Below, piece by piece: positions 1-10,151 of a stretch of DNA of 64,000 nt. A model generated the notes under the pieces. It was not told the DNA's origin, searched no databases, and saw only the letters and a program-made list of their open reading frames with translations. This DNA comes from a bacterium (GTDB taxonomy: Bacteria; Hinthialibacterota; Hinthialibacteria; Hinthialibacterales; Hinthialibacteraceae). The translations under genes and the position numbers were made by a program. The stretch is from the NCBI GenBank assembly GCA_963662285.2, contig CAXXMV010000003.1:320001-384000 (forward strand), in the 5' to 3' direction. The stretch's first letter is position 1. Each line of letters begins with the position of its first letter.

Positions 1-91
1 GAGCATCACCATTCAGAACTTTTAACCCATCAGAGAAGACGAGAGAGTTTATAAACAGAAGGAATATGGTATAAATAGATAGCCTAAACAT
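1..91 (-). CDS. 5' end of a secreted protein, truncated by the window edge
   Basis: Minus strand reads GGAG-aacaaca-ATG then MFRLSIYTIFLLFINSLVFSDGLKVLNGDA (signal-peptide-like), open to position 1. Confidence 0.7.
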   Translation of the reverse strand, partial: MFRLSIYTIFLLFINSLVFSDGLKVLNGDA

Positions 92-213
92 TGTTGTTCT
101 CCTTTAACCGATAGTATGTCGAGTCTATATGGTATATGGAATTGAGGATGAGATGTCAAGCGAAACTGAGGAGTGCGGTGGCAATTATTTTTTTCAATAG
201 GTTATTTTTTTAT

Positions 214-300
214 TCCTCTCCCAAGCCTGGGGGAGGTTAGGAGGGGGTTGGTTGATATAGGCTCAACCCCCCTCTAACTCCCCCCAGGCTTGGGGGGAGA
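214..300. repeat. Inverted pair of REP-like elements (CCTCTCCC...GGGAGAGG.TAGG.GAGGG family)
   Basis: cctctcccaagcctgggggaggttaggagggggttg followed by a near reverse-complement copy caacccccctctaactccccccaggcttggggggaga; intergenic between divergent genes. Confidence 0.75.
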
Positions 301-414
301 ATTTTATCAACAATGTTTTATGTAAAACATTGCTTTTATCTTATCATTTAATACGGCTAAATTGTTTCATAATCTATTAAACACAGGAAACTCATAAAAA
401 ATTGGAATCCAACC

Positions 415-2250
415 ATGATAAATAATCTACCAACCAAAAGCATTATCCTTCTGCTTACGCTAACATTGAGCGCCATGCAATCTTATAGCGTCCAGAATAT
501 CACGTACGTCGAAGATGATGCTCTGTCAGCAGCCAAATTGCATATAGTAGTATCGGATGAAAAGGGCGATAGATTGCCGTGCTGCATCGCATTGACAAAT
601 TCCAAGGGCGAACCCCTATGGGGTCTTGATGCTCATGGCAAGCCGCTGCATTACCGCGCTGAACCGAGGATATGGATATCGGGAGACTCTATACTAAGCA
701 TCACGCCTGACGTATATCAATATGTCATATCGCGCCCTTATCGCTATAAAACTATTTATGGAACATGCACATTTCAGGCTGGTCAAAGCAAGACGCTGCA
801 AGCAGAACTGGAATGCGTAGTTGATTTGCCCAAGCATGGATGGTATGGCGGCGACGCTCATCAACATATTGTGCATGGCGAGAAAGAGTTCGCCATCAAT
901 GTTGAGACGGCGGCGAGGATCGCCCAGTCAGAAGGCGGCGATTGGAGCAGTTTCAATGGTTACTGGTCCAGCGTTGACGGCGATAATCCCACCCTAGGTG
1001 AACTGCGGGCTAGATGCGCAGCGCTCTCAAATGACCGTTTTTTAGCATTACTGGGTGAAGAGTATCCCAAGGATCACATGGGGCACATGGCATTCATGGC
1101 CGGACCTATCAAAGACTGGGTAAAAGAAATTGGTAAGAATGAATATGACTATCCTGCTGGTCAACATGAGAAACTGGCCCATTTTGAGATATTGCGGTCT
1201 GTGTTTCGAGCGGGGGGGCTATCGGTTTATACTCACCCCATCCGGGAATGGGGTGGAACCAAACAGAGCGTGGGCAATATCGCCAGAGAGTTGCCTTTTG
1301 ACCTTATCACCAGTCCTGAACTGATCCCATCCATCGACTGGATGACTGATGATCCCACAAGCCAGCAAATTATGGATGTATGGTCGATGTACTTGAATTG
1401 GGGCTATAAAATCGGTATATGCGCCTTCACTGATTCATGCTATGACCGTAATGACGCCAGACCATTCAATAAAAAGACCTTCGTTTTTTTAGGAGATAAA
1501 GAATTAACTGCGGCTAATATTATTACTGCAATCAATCAAGGCGCCACCTATGGTTCATCCGGCCCATTGCTGCTGATTGATATGGATAACCAGCCGCCGG
1601 GATCAACCTTCAGGCCTGACGGTATGGATCATATCCTTTCCATAGACGCCTATGCGCCAGAGGTGGATTATGATCAACGCATGGAGCAACCTACGCTCGA
1701 CCGTATCGAGATAATCCGTAATGGTGAGATATATAAAACTATTAAGTTACGGAAACAAAACATCAGACGGCATAAAACCAAAGTCGCCATTATTGAAAAA
1801 GAGACTGCGTGGTATATCATCAAAGTATTCGCCACAGGAAAACGTCAGGTTGCCATAACCAGCCCGTTCTATTTCCGCAGTGATGATTATAAGGCGCCAA
1901 CCGCCGAGATAGCGCTTGTTAAGGGAGTCATTAAAGATTCGCAAAGCGGAGAGAAACTGGACGCCGCAATTGAACTTGTTGAATTTAATCAAAACAATGT
2001 CTGCGTTATAGAAACTATCCAGGTAAATGATGGCGCCATTGATATTCAATGTTCTGCGACGTTCCGGCTACGGATTAAAGCGCCAGGTTATAAAGAGCAG
2101 ATAAAGAGCATCTTTTTTGATGATCCAAATCTATATACCGACCTGATCTTACCATTGAAACGCACTGATATGCTTGATGCCGAGTACTATAATCGCATCA
2201 AAACATCTCTGCAAAATATTACTCTGGATTTCGATTTGACGCGTGAATGA
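415..2250 (+). CDS. Secreted CehA/McbA-like PHP-fold metallohydrolase
   Basis: Signal peptide; GWYGGDAHQH, GEEY..DHMGH, YTHP and FTDS motifs; SSGPLL and AITSPFYF at the C-terminal part. Confidence 0.75.
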   Translation: MINNLPTKSIILLLTLTLSAMQSYSVQNITYVEDDALSAAKLHIVVSDEKGDRLPCCIALTNSKGEPLWGLDAHGKPLHYRAEPRIWISGDSILSITPDVYQYVISRPYRYKTIYGTCTFQAGQSKTLQAELECVVDLPKHGWYGGDAHQHIVHGEKEFAINVETAARIAQSEGGDWSSFNGYWSSVDGDNPTLGELRARCAALSNDRFLALLGEEYPKDHMGHMAFMAGPIKDWVKEIGKNEYDYPAGQHEKLAHFEILRSVFRAGGLSVYTHPIREWGGTKQSVGNIARELPFDLITSPELIPSIDWMTDDPTSQQIMDVWSMYLNWGYKIGICAFTDSCYDRNDARPFNKKTFVFLGDKELTAANIITAINQGATYGSSGPLLLIDMDNQPPGSTFRPDGMDHILSIDAYAPEVDYDQRMEQPTLDRIEIIRNGEIYKTIKLRKQNIRRHKTKVAIIEKETAWYIIKVFATGKRQVAITSPFYFRSDDYKAPTAEIALVKGVIKDSQSGEKLDAAIELVEFNQNNVCVIETIQVNDGAIDIQCSATFRLRIKAPGYKEQIKSIFFDDPNLYTDLILPLKRTDMLDAEYYNRIKTSLQNITLDFDLTRE

Positions 2251-2350
2251 TAACCATGTTACTCTCTGATTGATTTAATGTTTTTAGGCAGAATAAAAAT
2301 TCAGCCTTATTCGTCAAATGATAAGTCAACCAACTATACAGGAGGGTAGT

Positions 2351-2767
2351 ATGAAGCGATTTGTTATAGGTTCTATTTGCGCTGCTTTAGTTATTGCCGG
2401 CGTCGTGGGAGTAATTGCGTCGGAACAATTATCGGTCAAGACGGCGCCGCCGGTAGTGATCAAGACATTCCCCAAAGCTGGAGACGATAAAGTTGATCCC
2501 AATATCAAACAGATCAGGGTGACTTACAGCAAAGAGATGATGGATAAAAGCTGGTCACCGACTCAAATCAGTAGTGATTTATTTCCAGAGGTTGGCGGTG
2601 ATCTTTATTATGATAAAGACAAATGCACCTTTGTTATGCCGGTCAAACTAAAACCGGGATCAACCTACGCCGTGATGCTAAATTCCCAGAAGTATAGAAA
2701 TTTCAAAGATAAACAGGGACGTCCAGCAATGCCTTATTTATTAGTATTTGAAACCAGAGTGGATTAA
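2351..2767 (+). CDS. Exported Ig-like (Big_5/SbsA-type) domain protein
   Basis: GGAGG RBS before ATG 2351; hydrophobic N-terminus; PPVVIKTFPKAGDDKVDP..IRVTYSKEM pattern. Confidence 0.7.
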   Translation: MKRFVIGSICAALVIAGVVGVIASEQLSVKTAPPVVIKTFPKAGDDKVDPNIKQIRVTYSKEMMDKSWSPTQISSDLFPEVGGDLYYDKDKCTFVMPVKLKPGSTYAVMLNSQKYRNFKDKQGRPAMPYLLVFETRVD

Positions 2768-2789
2768 TCAGAGGATTAGATATTATATT

Positions 2790-2816
2790 CGCCCCGATAT
2801 ATTACCGGGGCGTTTT
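2790..2816 (+). terminator. Rho-independent terminator
   Basis: cgccccg-loop-cggggcg followed by TTTT just after the stop codon. Confidence 0.65.
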
Positions 2817-2847
2817 AATATTTAAAAACGGGGGAAGGGAAGAATAA

Positions 2848-3102
2848 GTGATGTTTTTCTATTATCGGGGGTTAATGGCTCTGTTCGCTTGTTATGCTAT
2901 TTATTTCGTTATAGCGACTATGATTAGAATTCCGCGTGACTTGGCTAGCCTTATAACGTTATATAACCAAAGAAAAATGACGGATTTCTACGTAGATGGA
3001 ACAGTGATGTTGGGATTCTGGTTGGCGTCGGCCATTTTCGCATACCTCTTTATGTACCCGTTAGTTAAGTTTGCTAAAGATATGGTGGAAATATATTCGT
3101 GA
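2848..3102 (+). CDS. Small two-TM membrane protein, unknown family (paralog 1)
   Basis: Purine-rich RBS; two hydrophobic segments around IPRDL..MTDFYV; similar to the next ORF. Confidence 0.65.
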   Translation: MMFFYYRGLMALFACYAIYFVIATMIRIPRDLASLITLYNQRKMTDFYVDGTVMLGFWLASAIFAYLFMYPLVKFAKDMVEIYS

Positions 3103-3143
3103 TAGGCGCCGTTTTAGGCGGATCAAATATTCCGGGAGAGATT

Positions 3144-3419
3144 ATGTATATCTATTTTTCCAAATTTTTCTTTGTTTTTGCGCTTTTTGCGCTTTTAATT
3201 GTCGGCCAGACCATCAACAAATTACCTCGCGACCTCATAACCCTCAGAGAGTATTATGAGGAACGGAATATGACGGAATTTTACGTCCATTTGGCCATTA
3301 TGGCGGGATTCTGGATGGTGACGATTCTGCTGATCTATTTCTTAATTTATCCTGCGGGAAAGATGGCGCTATTCGGATTAGGGCAATTATTTAAGTTGGT
3401 TTCACCTTTGTTTGGATGA
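3144..3419 (+). CDS. Small two-TM membrane protein, unknown family (paralog 2)
   Basis: GGAG RBS before ATG 3144; LPRDL..MTEFYV..AGFW aligns with the previous ORF. Confidence 0.65.
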   Translation: MYIYFSKFFFVFALFALLIVGQTINKLPRDLITLREYYEERNMTEFYVHLAIMAGFWMVTILLIYFLIYPAGKMALFGLGQLFKLVSPLFG

Positions 3420-4300
3420 AAAAATAGTATACCTTTCTTTATCATCCAGTTTGTTGCGGGAAATATGAGCAACATACCTATCATGGGGATGATACCGTCA
3501 AACAATCGGCTTCCTCCGATCCATAGTTCGCTGACGTCTCCGGTGGTTTGAAACAGGGAACTGCGAAAAGAGAAAAACCATACCCAGCCGCCATGCAATC
3601 CTGCACCGTACCATAATGAACCGCTGCGGTATGCGCCATGACATAGCGCCATACCTACAATGAATAGCGCAACCGCATCGGGAAACAAAGTGAATTTATG
3701 AGCCATGTTAGAAAGCAACATGCCGCATATCTTGAAACCTGCCAGCCATGAATCAGGATTTACTAAATTTTCGTTGCCGCGACCTTCGATGAAATGCAGC
3801 GATGCGAATATCAGACTGGTAACCACCGCCGCTTTCTTCCAGCCCCATGCACTGCATAGTGAATAGAAGATCAATCCACGGAAGATATATTCCTCAATGC
3901 CGCTGACCAAGGCGCCGCGCAGCAGACCTTCAATAAATCGTTTACGCAGTTTCGGCGTGTTAAATGTTTCTGGAATCTCCCAAGCCCCGATCATCATATA
4001 GAACAAGGATAGGGCTGAAAGAAAAATGAATACCGAACCGAGTCCGATGAACAGGTTTTTGAGATTGCCTTTGCAAAAAGAGAAACCGACATTACCCGGC
4101 CTGCGCATGGCTAGAAACTTGCGGAAAACAATCAAACTTATAATGACGGCGATCATCCACACCCGGCGGAATACCCGTGCGGCGGGGTAGGTCATTTGCA
4201 ATCCGTCCACCATATTTTGAATAAACGGATAGGCCAGGCAAGCGGCGATGCTTGAGCCGAGTAGTATGATTAGTATTTTTAAGAATCTTTTCCAAAACAT
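3347..4300 (-). CDS. CPBP (CAAX/Abi) family intramembrane metalloprotease
   Basis: Multi-TM; EEYIFRG, FASLH and LHGGW motifs. Confidence 0.9.
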   Translation of the reverse strand: MFWKRFLKILIILLGSSIAACLAYPFIQNMVDGLQMTYPAARVFRRVWMIAVIISLIVFRKFLAMRRPGNVGFSFCKGNLKNLFIGLGSVFIFLSALSLFYMMIGAWEIPETFNTPKLRKRFIEGLLRGALVSGIEEYIFRGLIFYSLCSAWGWKKAAVVTSLIFASLHFIEGRGNENLVNPDSWLAGFKICGMLLSNMAHKFTLFPDAVALFIVGMALCHGAYRSGSLWYGAGLHGGWVWFFSFRSSLFQTTGDVSELWIGGSRLFDGIIPMIGMLLIFPATNWMIKKGILFFHPNKGETNLNNCPNPNSAIFPAG

Positions 4301-4383
4301 AGAGCATAAGATGACATCAGCCTATCAAAGCGCCAAGGGGAGTAAAGGATGATTTTATAGATTTTAGAAGATTGTGAAATATG

Positions 4384-4413
4384 AAACCGCCAGCGGGGAA
4401 GCGCTGGCGGTTT
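4384..4413 (-). terminator. Terminator hairpin after the sigma factor gene
   Basis: aaaccgccagcg-gggaag-cgctggcggttt perfect stem. Confidence 0.7.
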
Positions 4414-4475
4414 ACAGGGAGAAAGAAAAGAAAAATAAGAGTGTGTGTGCGTGTTTGTTTTAATATAACGATTGA

Positions 4476-5318
4476 TTAAGCAGCGAATAACTCTTCCATT
4501 TTTGCGCGAACGGTCGGGCGGCGAAGTTTTTCCATGGCCTGCTCTTCGATGCGTCGAACGCCTTCAGCGCTTAATCCCAGAATTTGGCCGACTTTGCGCA
4601 GGCTGAGTTTTTTGCCGCCATTTTCCAGGTTGTAGCGATGAGTCAGTACGTCACGTTCACGGGTATTAAGAATTCTCATGGCTGAAGCAAGACGTTTTAA
4701 TGCTTCTTTGTTCCATACTGTATCACGGGCGTCTTCATGATCCTCATCAACCAGAACGCTTTCCCAGCCGTTATGTTCATCAGTACTGGCATGCAGCGTG
4801 TGGAATGAGGGTGAATGATTATCGATTTCTTCCACTTTTTTGGCATCAATGCCGAGTTTTTCAGAAACCTCATTCATGGTAGGTCTGCGTCCGTTAGTTT
4901 TAACAAAATCATCTTGACATATGCGGATTTTGCGTAGTATCTCAGTTTTGTTAATAGGAAGATTTATCTGACGGGTTTTTTGCTCCAGAGCGCGTTGTAG
5001 ATAAAGCCGAATCCACCAGGATGCGTATGTTATTAACCGGCAATTCCGGGCTGGATCGAATTTTTCCAATGCTTCGATCAGTCCCAGGTTGCCTTCCTGA
5101 ATCAGGTCGGCCAAGGAAAGACCCTGGTTGCGGAAATTGAGAGATATTTTAATTACAAATCGTAGATTGCTCTCAATGAGTCGTCTGCGAGCATCCATAT
5201 CGCCTTTATGGTACTTTATAACCATCTCCCGCTCTTCAGTGACGCTTAACGGGGTTGTCGTTGTTTCAGCGTAAATTTGATGATTTATATTTGAAAAGTC
5301 CATTTTCTTAATCTCCAT
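4476..5318 (-). CDS. Sigma-70 family alternative sigma factor (RpoD/RpoS-like, lacks region 1.1)
   Basis: LIESNLRFV, DLIQEGNLGLIEALEKFDP, TYASWWIR, region 4 SLRKVGQILGLSAEGVRRIE. Confidence 0.92.
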   Translation of the reverse strand: MEIKKMDFSNINHQIYAETTTTPLSVTEEREMVIKYHKGDMDARRRLIESNLRFVIKISLNFRNQGLSLADLIQEGNLGLIEALEKFDPARNCRLITYASWWIRLYLQRALEQKTRQINLPINKTEILRKIRICQDDFVKTNGRRPTMNEVSEKLGIDAKKVEEIDNHSPSFHTLHASTDEHNGWESVLVDEDHEDARDTVWNKEALKRLASAMRILNTRERDVLTHRYNLENGGKKLSLRKVGQILGLSAEGVRRIEEQAMEKLRRPTVRAKMEELFAA

Positions 5319-5353
5319 TCAACTAACATTGCATGTTGTTGTAGTTCTTATAA

Positions 5354-5370
5354 CACAAGGATTGTGCCAA
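5354..5370 (-). promoter_or_regulatory. Possible sigma-54-type -24/-12 promoter
   Basis: Minus strand TTGGCACAATCCTTGTG versus consensus YTGGCAC-N5-TTGCW; GT instead of GC at -12. Confidence 0.35.
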
Positions 5371-5611
5371 CATCTTTTCTTGTTTAGGTAAAGTATATTT
5401 ACCAGTACAGGAAAGGATATGTAAGTGTAATTAATACAGTATAATAAAAAGTTTTGTAATAAGTTTCATCAAGTAAATAACTTAAAAAATCATTACATTA
5501 TTGGAGTTAAATAAATGTGGTTTGGAAGGATTCTGCACAGAGATATTCTTCACACCTGCGCATTATTCTGCACACTTGGGGGGGGGTATTTATTATGAAG
5601 GTTTGAGCTAA

Positions 5612-5754
5612 CAACCCCCTCTTGAATTCTCCCCCAACTTGGGGGAGAGGGATTTTGAGATATAACCAGTTATATTGTTTTGACTTAGTTATACAAAAAT
5701 ACTTTGGTCTAACATTCCTCTCCCAAGATTGGGAGAGGATAGGTGAGGGTTGAT
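5612..5754. repeat. Two REP-like elements in opposite orientation
   Basis: 5612-5652 caaccccctcttgaattctcccccaacttgggggagaggga and 5715-5754 ttcctctcccaagattgggagaggataggtgagggttgat; same family as 214-300. Confidence 0.75.
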
Positions 5755-5772
5755 ACTGTTTATTATTCAGTT

Positions 5773-6936
5773 TCAATGTTTATACATCTCAATCGCCGCT
5801 GCATAGGCCGATTCGAGTGAATCGACATGGGATTTCCAGTTGTATATCTCTTTAGCTTGTATTTGACCTGCTGATGACATGCTTTTTTGAATATCCTTAT
5901 TATTTAGTATCCATTCGACCTTTTCAGCCATGGCCTGGACATTACCGCATGGCGCGATGGCGCCCGCCTGGCTTGCCATTCTTCTTACATCACCAACGTC
6001 TGATGCGACAATAGGTAATCCCATGGCCATATATTCGGCTATTTTAAGCGGTGATTTTGCGCGGGTTACGTCATTTTCCTCAAATGGCGCCAGGGCAATA
6101 TCAGCTATTGACAGATATTTGGGGATTTCATCGGCAGGAACATAATCGGTAAACAGAATATGTTGAGAAACGCCGATTTCATCAGCCCGTTGGCGAATGG
6201 CCTCTAGCTTCCTGCCTCCTCCAAGCACCAGCAGGTTTGCTTCAATACTCTTATTTATAACCTGTTTCAGGGTTTCAACTGCTTGTTCGGCGTAACTGGC
6301 TACTTCCAACTGCCCGCTATAAACCAGGAGAGGTTTCTTTAGGTTCAATTGTTTAAGCAATGCATCGTCGCATGGCCTGGGGTAGAATCGTTCTAAATCG
6401 GCGCCGACCGGGGCGTCCCATATTTTATGGGGATCAGCGCCCCATTCGATAGCCTTTTGATTAAGAAACTGACTGGCGGTAGTCATGGTATGACAGAGCC
6501 TGGGCAGCAATCTATCCCATTTTCCTGCGATCCAACCGGCGGTTTTTGATCCGGTAAGTTCAGCGGCTATGCCGGTTTCCCAGTCATCCCAATCGTAATG
6601 CAGCGGGATTTTACCCAGTTTAGAAAGAGCGAGGGCGGGTAGGGAAGCGTCGGGATATGATTTCCAAAGATGAATGATGTCCGGTTTAGGATCAATCTGC
6701 AAAAGTCTTTTAATATTATAAGGATAACGATGGACTTTTCTGTCTAAATGAAGCATTTTAACGCCCATTTCAGACAGATTCACAAATGCCGGGATGCTTT
6801 CATGGCGTTGGCTATGCACGAAATCGGCCAGAAAAACTTCGCGTCCCCGGCGTAATAATTCCTCAGCCTGACAGATAACGCGTCTGGCGCAGGAAACTGA
6901 GGATAAATCGAAGCGTTGAATCATCAAAATTCGCAT
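5773..6936 (-). CDS. GT4 family glycosyltransferase
   Basis: KSPLKIAEYMAMGLPIVASDVG motif; GT-B layout. Confidence 0.92.
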   Translation of the reverse strand: MRILMIQRFDLSSVSCARRVICQAEELLRRGREVFLADFVHSQRHESIPAFVNLSEMGVKMLHLDRKVHRYPYNIKRLLQIDPKPDIIHLWKSYPDASLPALALSKLGKIPLHYDWDDWETGIAAELTGSKTAGWIAGKWDRLLPRLCHTMTTASQFLNQKAIEWGADPHKIWDAPVGADLERFYPRPCDDALLKQLNLKKPLLVYSGQLEVASYAEQAVETLKQVINKSIEANLLVLGGGRKLEAIRQRADEIGVSQHILFTDYVPADEIPKYLSIADIALAPFEENDVTRAKSPLKIAEYMAMGLPIVASDVGDVRRMASQAGAIAPCGNVQAMAEKVEWILNNKDIQKSMSSAGQIQAKEIYNWKSHVDSLESAYAAAIEMYKH

Positions 6937-7282
6937 AGTTTCACTTTTTTATTGATAAGTCGGTAAAAAGGGGATGAAGGCCGAAATTTACACTGTATCT
7001 TGTATGAATCTCCCTCGTATAACCACATAATATTGTGATTATACTATACTTTTTTAACTTTTTACCGTTTCGTCATAATATGTTTTTTTAATGAACCGTA
7101 AAACCCGTTGGATCAAAAAGAAAGGCGTTGAATTGTAATATTGAATAAAAATATGGAAAATAATGAAAATATAGGTTGAATAATGGTCTGATTTTATATA
7201 TTGTAGATGACGTATATTTATAAGTCGGGAAAACTGTGTTTATCCCGTGGTTTTTTGTACGCCCAAGAATACGGAGGCACCG

Positions 7283-10123
7283 ATGTTGAAATCCATGATG
7301 AAACCCATCGCACTGCTAACCATAATGATGGTTTGCTGTGCGAGTGCATCTTTCGGAGATGCATCGATTACTCTTCAACCTAAAGCCGAATCGGTTAATG
7401 TGGGAGGGGATATTGTATACGATGTTCTCCTTTCCGCTGATCAACCATTCAGCGCTTATATGTTGAAAGTAGAATTCAATTCTGCTGATGGAGCCGCCGT
7501 TTCCGCGCACCAATACAGTATCGATACAGCAGTATGGACTGCCGCCAATCAGGCCCATGAAGCGATTTTGCTTCCGCCTGAAGTGGATGGCAACACCATT
7601 CTTCTGCAATCGTCATTGGTTGGTCCGGATACGGAAGCCGCCTACGCAGACGCAGTCTCTATCGGCCAGTTAAGCGTTAAGGCCGATAACCAGGGGACGC
7701 TGATTGCATCTATCGCCGGCGCTAATTTTTTCACTGACGGGTTGCAACAACCCGAAGGCGCAAATATTGGCGTGCTGATAACTGATGCAGCGCCTGTTTC
7801 AATTCAGCCAGCGGCCCAGATGGTCTTTGGAGACGCCAGCGGAAATGGAACATTGGGAATTGAAGACTCTTTGATGATCAGACAGTATCTGGCTGGCTTC
7901 AGAGATTCAGTACCCGATCCAGTCGCTGCTGATATTAATCCGGGAATCCCCGGCATAGATATCACCGATGCGTTGTTCATTCAGCAGATTCTTGCTCAAT
8001 TACGGCCTGATCCTAACAATCCAGAGGCGGCAACGCCTGCGGGTAAAGTAGCGAAATCAATCGGGATCAGAAATCTAATCGTTTCACCTTTCGCAGTGCC
8101 TGATAATACAATTACTTTTGTTGTTGAAGGCGGACCTTATGGGGTTGGCGATAACGTGACGGCTGCTTTGACCGCAAATGTCGGAGCAAGCGTCTTTGGT
8201 AGTTATAATGTCAGCGTTACTTATGATCCCGCTGTTTTAACTTATCAGAGCATTGCTTCTGGCGCTGCAGAACTTGGATTGCCTGTTGCTAACGCCAACA
8301 CGGCAGGCCTGATTCTGATGAATGGCGTAAACGCGGCTAGTTTTTCTTCTCCAACAGGAGAAGTTGTACTTGCTAACATCACATTCCAGGTTGCTGCTGT
8401 CTCTGGTGGTTCAACTAATTTGAGTGTTGCAGTTACACAAATGACTGATGTGAATTTCACTCCAATTAACGTAGCATCTCAAGCGACTGCCGTTGCTTTA
8501 GCGGGTGCTGAGCCAACGCCTACTGAGACGCCTACAGCGACTCCAGTGCCACCGACTCCGACTAATACGCCGGAGCCGCCAACGCCGACCGCAACCGAGT
8601 CTGCTGTTCCGACGCCAACCGAGTCTGCTGTTCCGACTCCTACTAACACGCCGGAACCACCGACACCGACGGCAACAGAATCTGCGGTTCCAACACCAAC
8701 CGAGTCTGAAGTTCCGACTCCTACTAACACGCCGGTGCCGCCAACTCCGACTCCAACCGAGTCTGTAGTTCCAACACCAACTCCAACCGAGTCTGTAGTT
8801 CCGACACCGACTCCAACAGAGTCAGAGGTTCCAACACCGACGCCTGTACCTCCAACACCGACTCCAACCGAGTCAGAGGTACCGACGCCAACTCCAACAG
8901 AGTCTGAGGTACCAACACCGACGCCTGTACCTCCAACACCGACTCCAACCGAGTCAGAGGTACCGACGCCAACTCCGACAGAGTCTGAGGTTCCAACACC
9001 GACTCCAACCGAGTCAGAAGTACCGACGCCGACGCCTACAGAGTCAGAAGTTCCGACTCCAACTAACACGCCAGTGCCGCCAACACCGACTCCAACTGAG
9101 TCAGAGGTTCCGACACCGACGCCTACAGAGTCAGAAGTTCCGACACCGACGCCAGTGCCACCAACACCGACTATAGAGCCACCGACGCCGACTCCTACAG
9201 TTGAGCCGCCAACACCGACTCCGACTGTGACACCAATACCACCTACACCTACGCCAACTGTTGGTGAGGTTGAGGTAACTATGGATAGCGGCTTGATTGC
9301 CATGTCTCACGAAGGACTATTCCTAAGCCGTGGCATCGATTCCGGTGCTGAAGTTGATACAGGCGAAGTACTTCGCGGACGACCGATAGATATTGAAGTG
9401 ATCAACGGCGAACTGGTCTATGTAACAATGGACGGAACCGTTTATCCTGAATCAATGCGCAAAGACAGCGCAGGCGGAACAGCTCTGAAAGTCAATGACG
9501 TGATTGATCTGGAACCACTGGGCGATGGCGCAGGTTATCTGCTGCTGGATCGCTGGGGTAACGTACATGCTTATGGCACGGCGACGCATCAAGGCGACGC
9601 GGTATATAAGCAAAGCGTTTCTTTTGGCTCCAAACCATTTACTGTTACAGTTCCATTGGCGGTTGATCTCGAAGTTGTTGCTGATCCTGCTAATCCAAAC
9701 ACAAACCTCGGTTACTACATCCTAGGTTCTGACGGAAGCATAACCTCTGTTGGTAATGTTCCCGCTATGCCTGCTGCAATGGATGAACCATCTGACGTTC
9801 TTGGCGCAAGAGCGCTTGAACTCAGTGTGACCGGCGGCATTGTAACCGGATACGAAGTTCTTCTACAGAACGGTACTATTGTGTTCTGGAATGGAACTAT
9901 TAAAGCACTTGGCGCTCCGATCAATCACAGTGTGAATGATCCGGAAATTGTTGACTTCACGAGAGCCGGAGGAGCCATCTTCCTGCTTAACGAGCAAGGC
10001 GTTGTATACGGTCCAGATTATCTGGAACTATCCAACGATCCAGGCGCGTTTGGCGGCCTTATAGGAAAGTATGGATTCTTCGATATCGAAGCTGGATTCT
10101 TAACTCCCGCACCGGGTGAATAA
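7283..10123 (+). CDS. Secreted cohesin-dockerin-cohesin protein with long Pro/Thr linker and C-terminal repeat domain
   Basis: GGAGG RBS before ATG 7283; signal peptide; dockerin [22 protein letters not shown]...[17 protein letters not shown]; cohesin-like [13 protein letters not shown]...[12 protein letters not shown]; about 250-aa PT linker. Confidence 0.85.
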   Translation: MLKSMMKPIALLTIMMVCCASASFGDASITLQPKAESVNVGGDIVYDVLLSADQPFSAYMLKVEFNSADGAAVSAHQYSIDTAVWTAANQAHEAILLPPEVDGNTILLQSSLVGPDTEAAYADAVSIGQLSVKADNQGTLIASIAGANFFTDGLQQPEGANIGVLITDAAPVSIQPAAQMVFGDASGNGTLGIEDSLMIRQYLAGFRDSVPDPVAADINPGIPGIDITDALFIQQILAQLRPDPNNPEAATPAGKVAKSIGIRNLIVSPFAVPDNTITFVVEGGPYGVGDNVTAALTANVGASVFGSYNVSVTYDPAVLTYQSIASGAAELGLPVANANTAGLILMNGVNAASFSSPTGEVVLANITFQVAAVSGGSTNLSVAVTQMTDVNFTPINVASQATAVALAGAEPTPTETPTATPVPPTPTNTPEPPTPTATESAVPTPTESAVPTPTNTPEPPTPTATESAVPTPTESEVPTPTNTPVPPTPTPTESVVPTPTPTESVVPTPTPTESEVPTPTPVPPTPTPTESEVPTPTPTESEVPTPTPVPPTPTPTESEVPTPTPTESEVPTPTPTESEVPTPTPTESEVPTPTNTPVPPTPTPTESEVPTPTPTESEVPTPTPVPPTPTIEPPTPTPTVEPPTPTPTVTPIPPTPTPTVGEVEVTMDSGLIAMSHEGLFLSRGIDSGAEVDTGEVLRGRPIDIEVINGELVYVTMDGTVYPESMRKDSAGGTALKVNDVIDLEPLGDGAGYLLLDRWGNVHAYGTATHQGDAVYKQSVSFGSKPFTVTVPLAVDLEVVADPANPNTNLGYYILGSDGSITSVGNVPAMPAAMDEPSDVLGARALELSVTGGIVTGYEVLLQNGTIVFWNGTIKALGAPINHSVNDPEIVDFTRAGGAIFLLNEQGVVYGPDYLELSNDPGAFGGLIGKYGFFDIEAGFLTPAPGE
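8513..9259 (+). repeat. Coding tandem repeat (PTPTESEV / PTPVPP units)
   Basis: Imperfect repeats with varied synonymous codons encoding a Pro/Thr/Glu/Ser linker. Confidence 0.95.
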
Positions 10124-10151
10124 CAAAACCAGGTAAAGGATTGGTAGAAGA

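Noticed and set aside
3347-4300. CPBP protease as the processing enzyme for the Trp tail
   Set aside because: Intramembrane sorting enzymes act on tails with a TM helix; this tail has none and the gene is not linked to tail-bearing genes
5507-5776. 89-aa ORF
   Set aside because: Reads through two REP-like elements and has no protein-like features
8513-9259. Periodic repeat as a possible CRISPR array
   Set aside because: In-frame coding repeat with synonymous variation, no unique spacers and no cas genes
8479-9303. 274-aa GVGV-rich ORF and other short ORFs over the repeat
   Set aside because: Antisense or off-frame shadows of the Pro/Thr linker; no independent coding evidence
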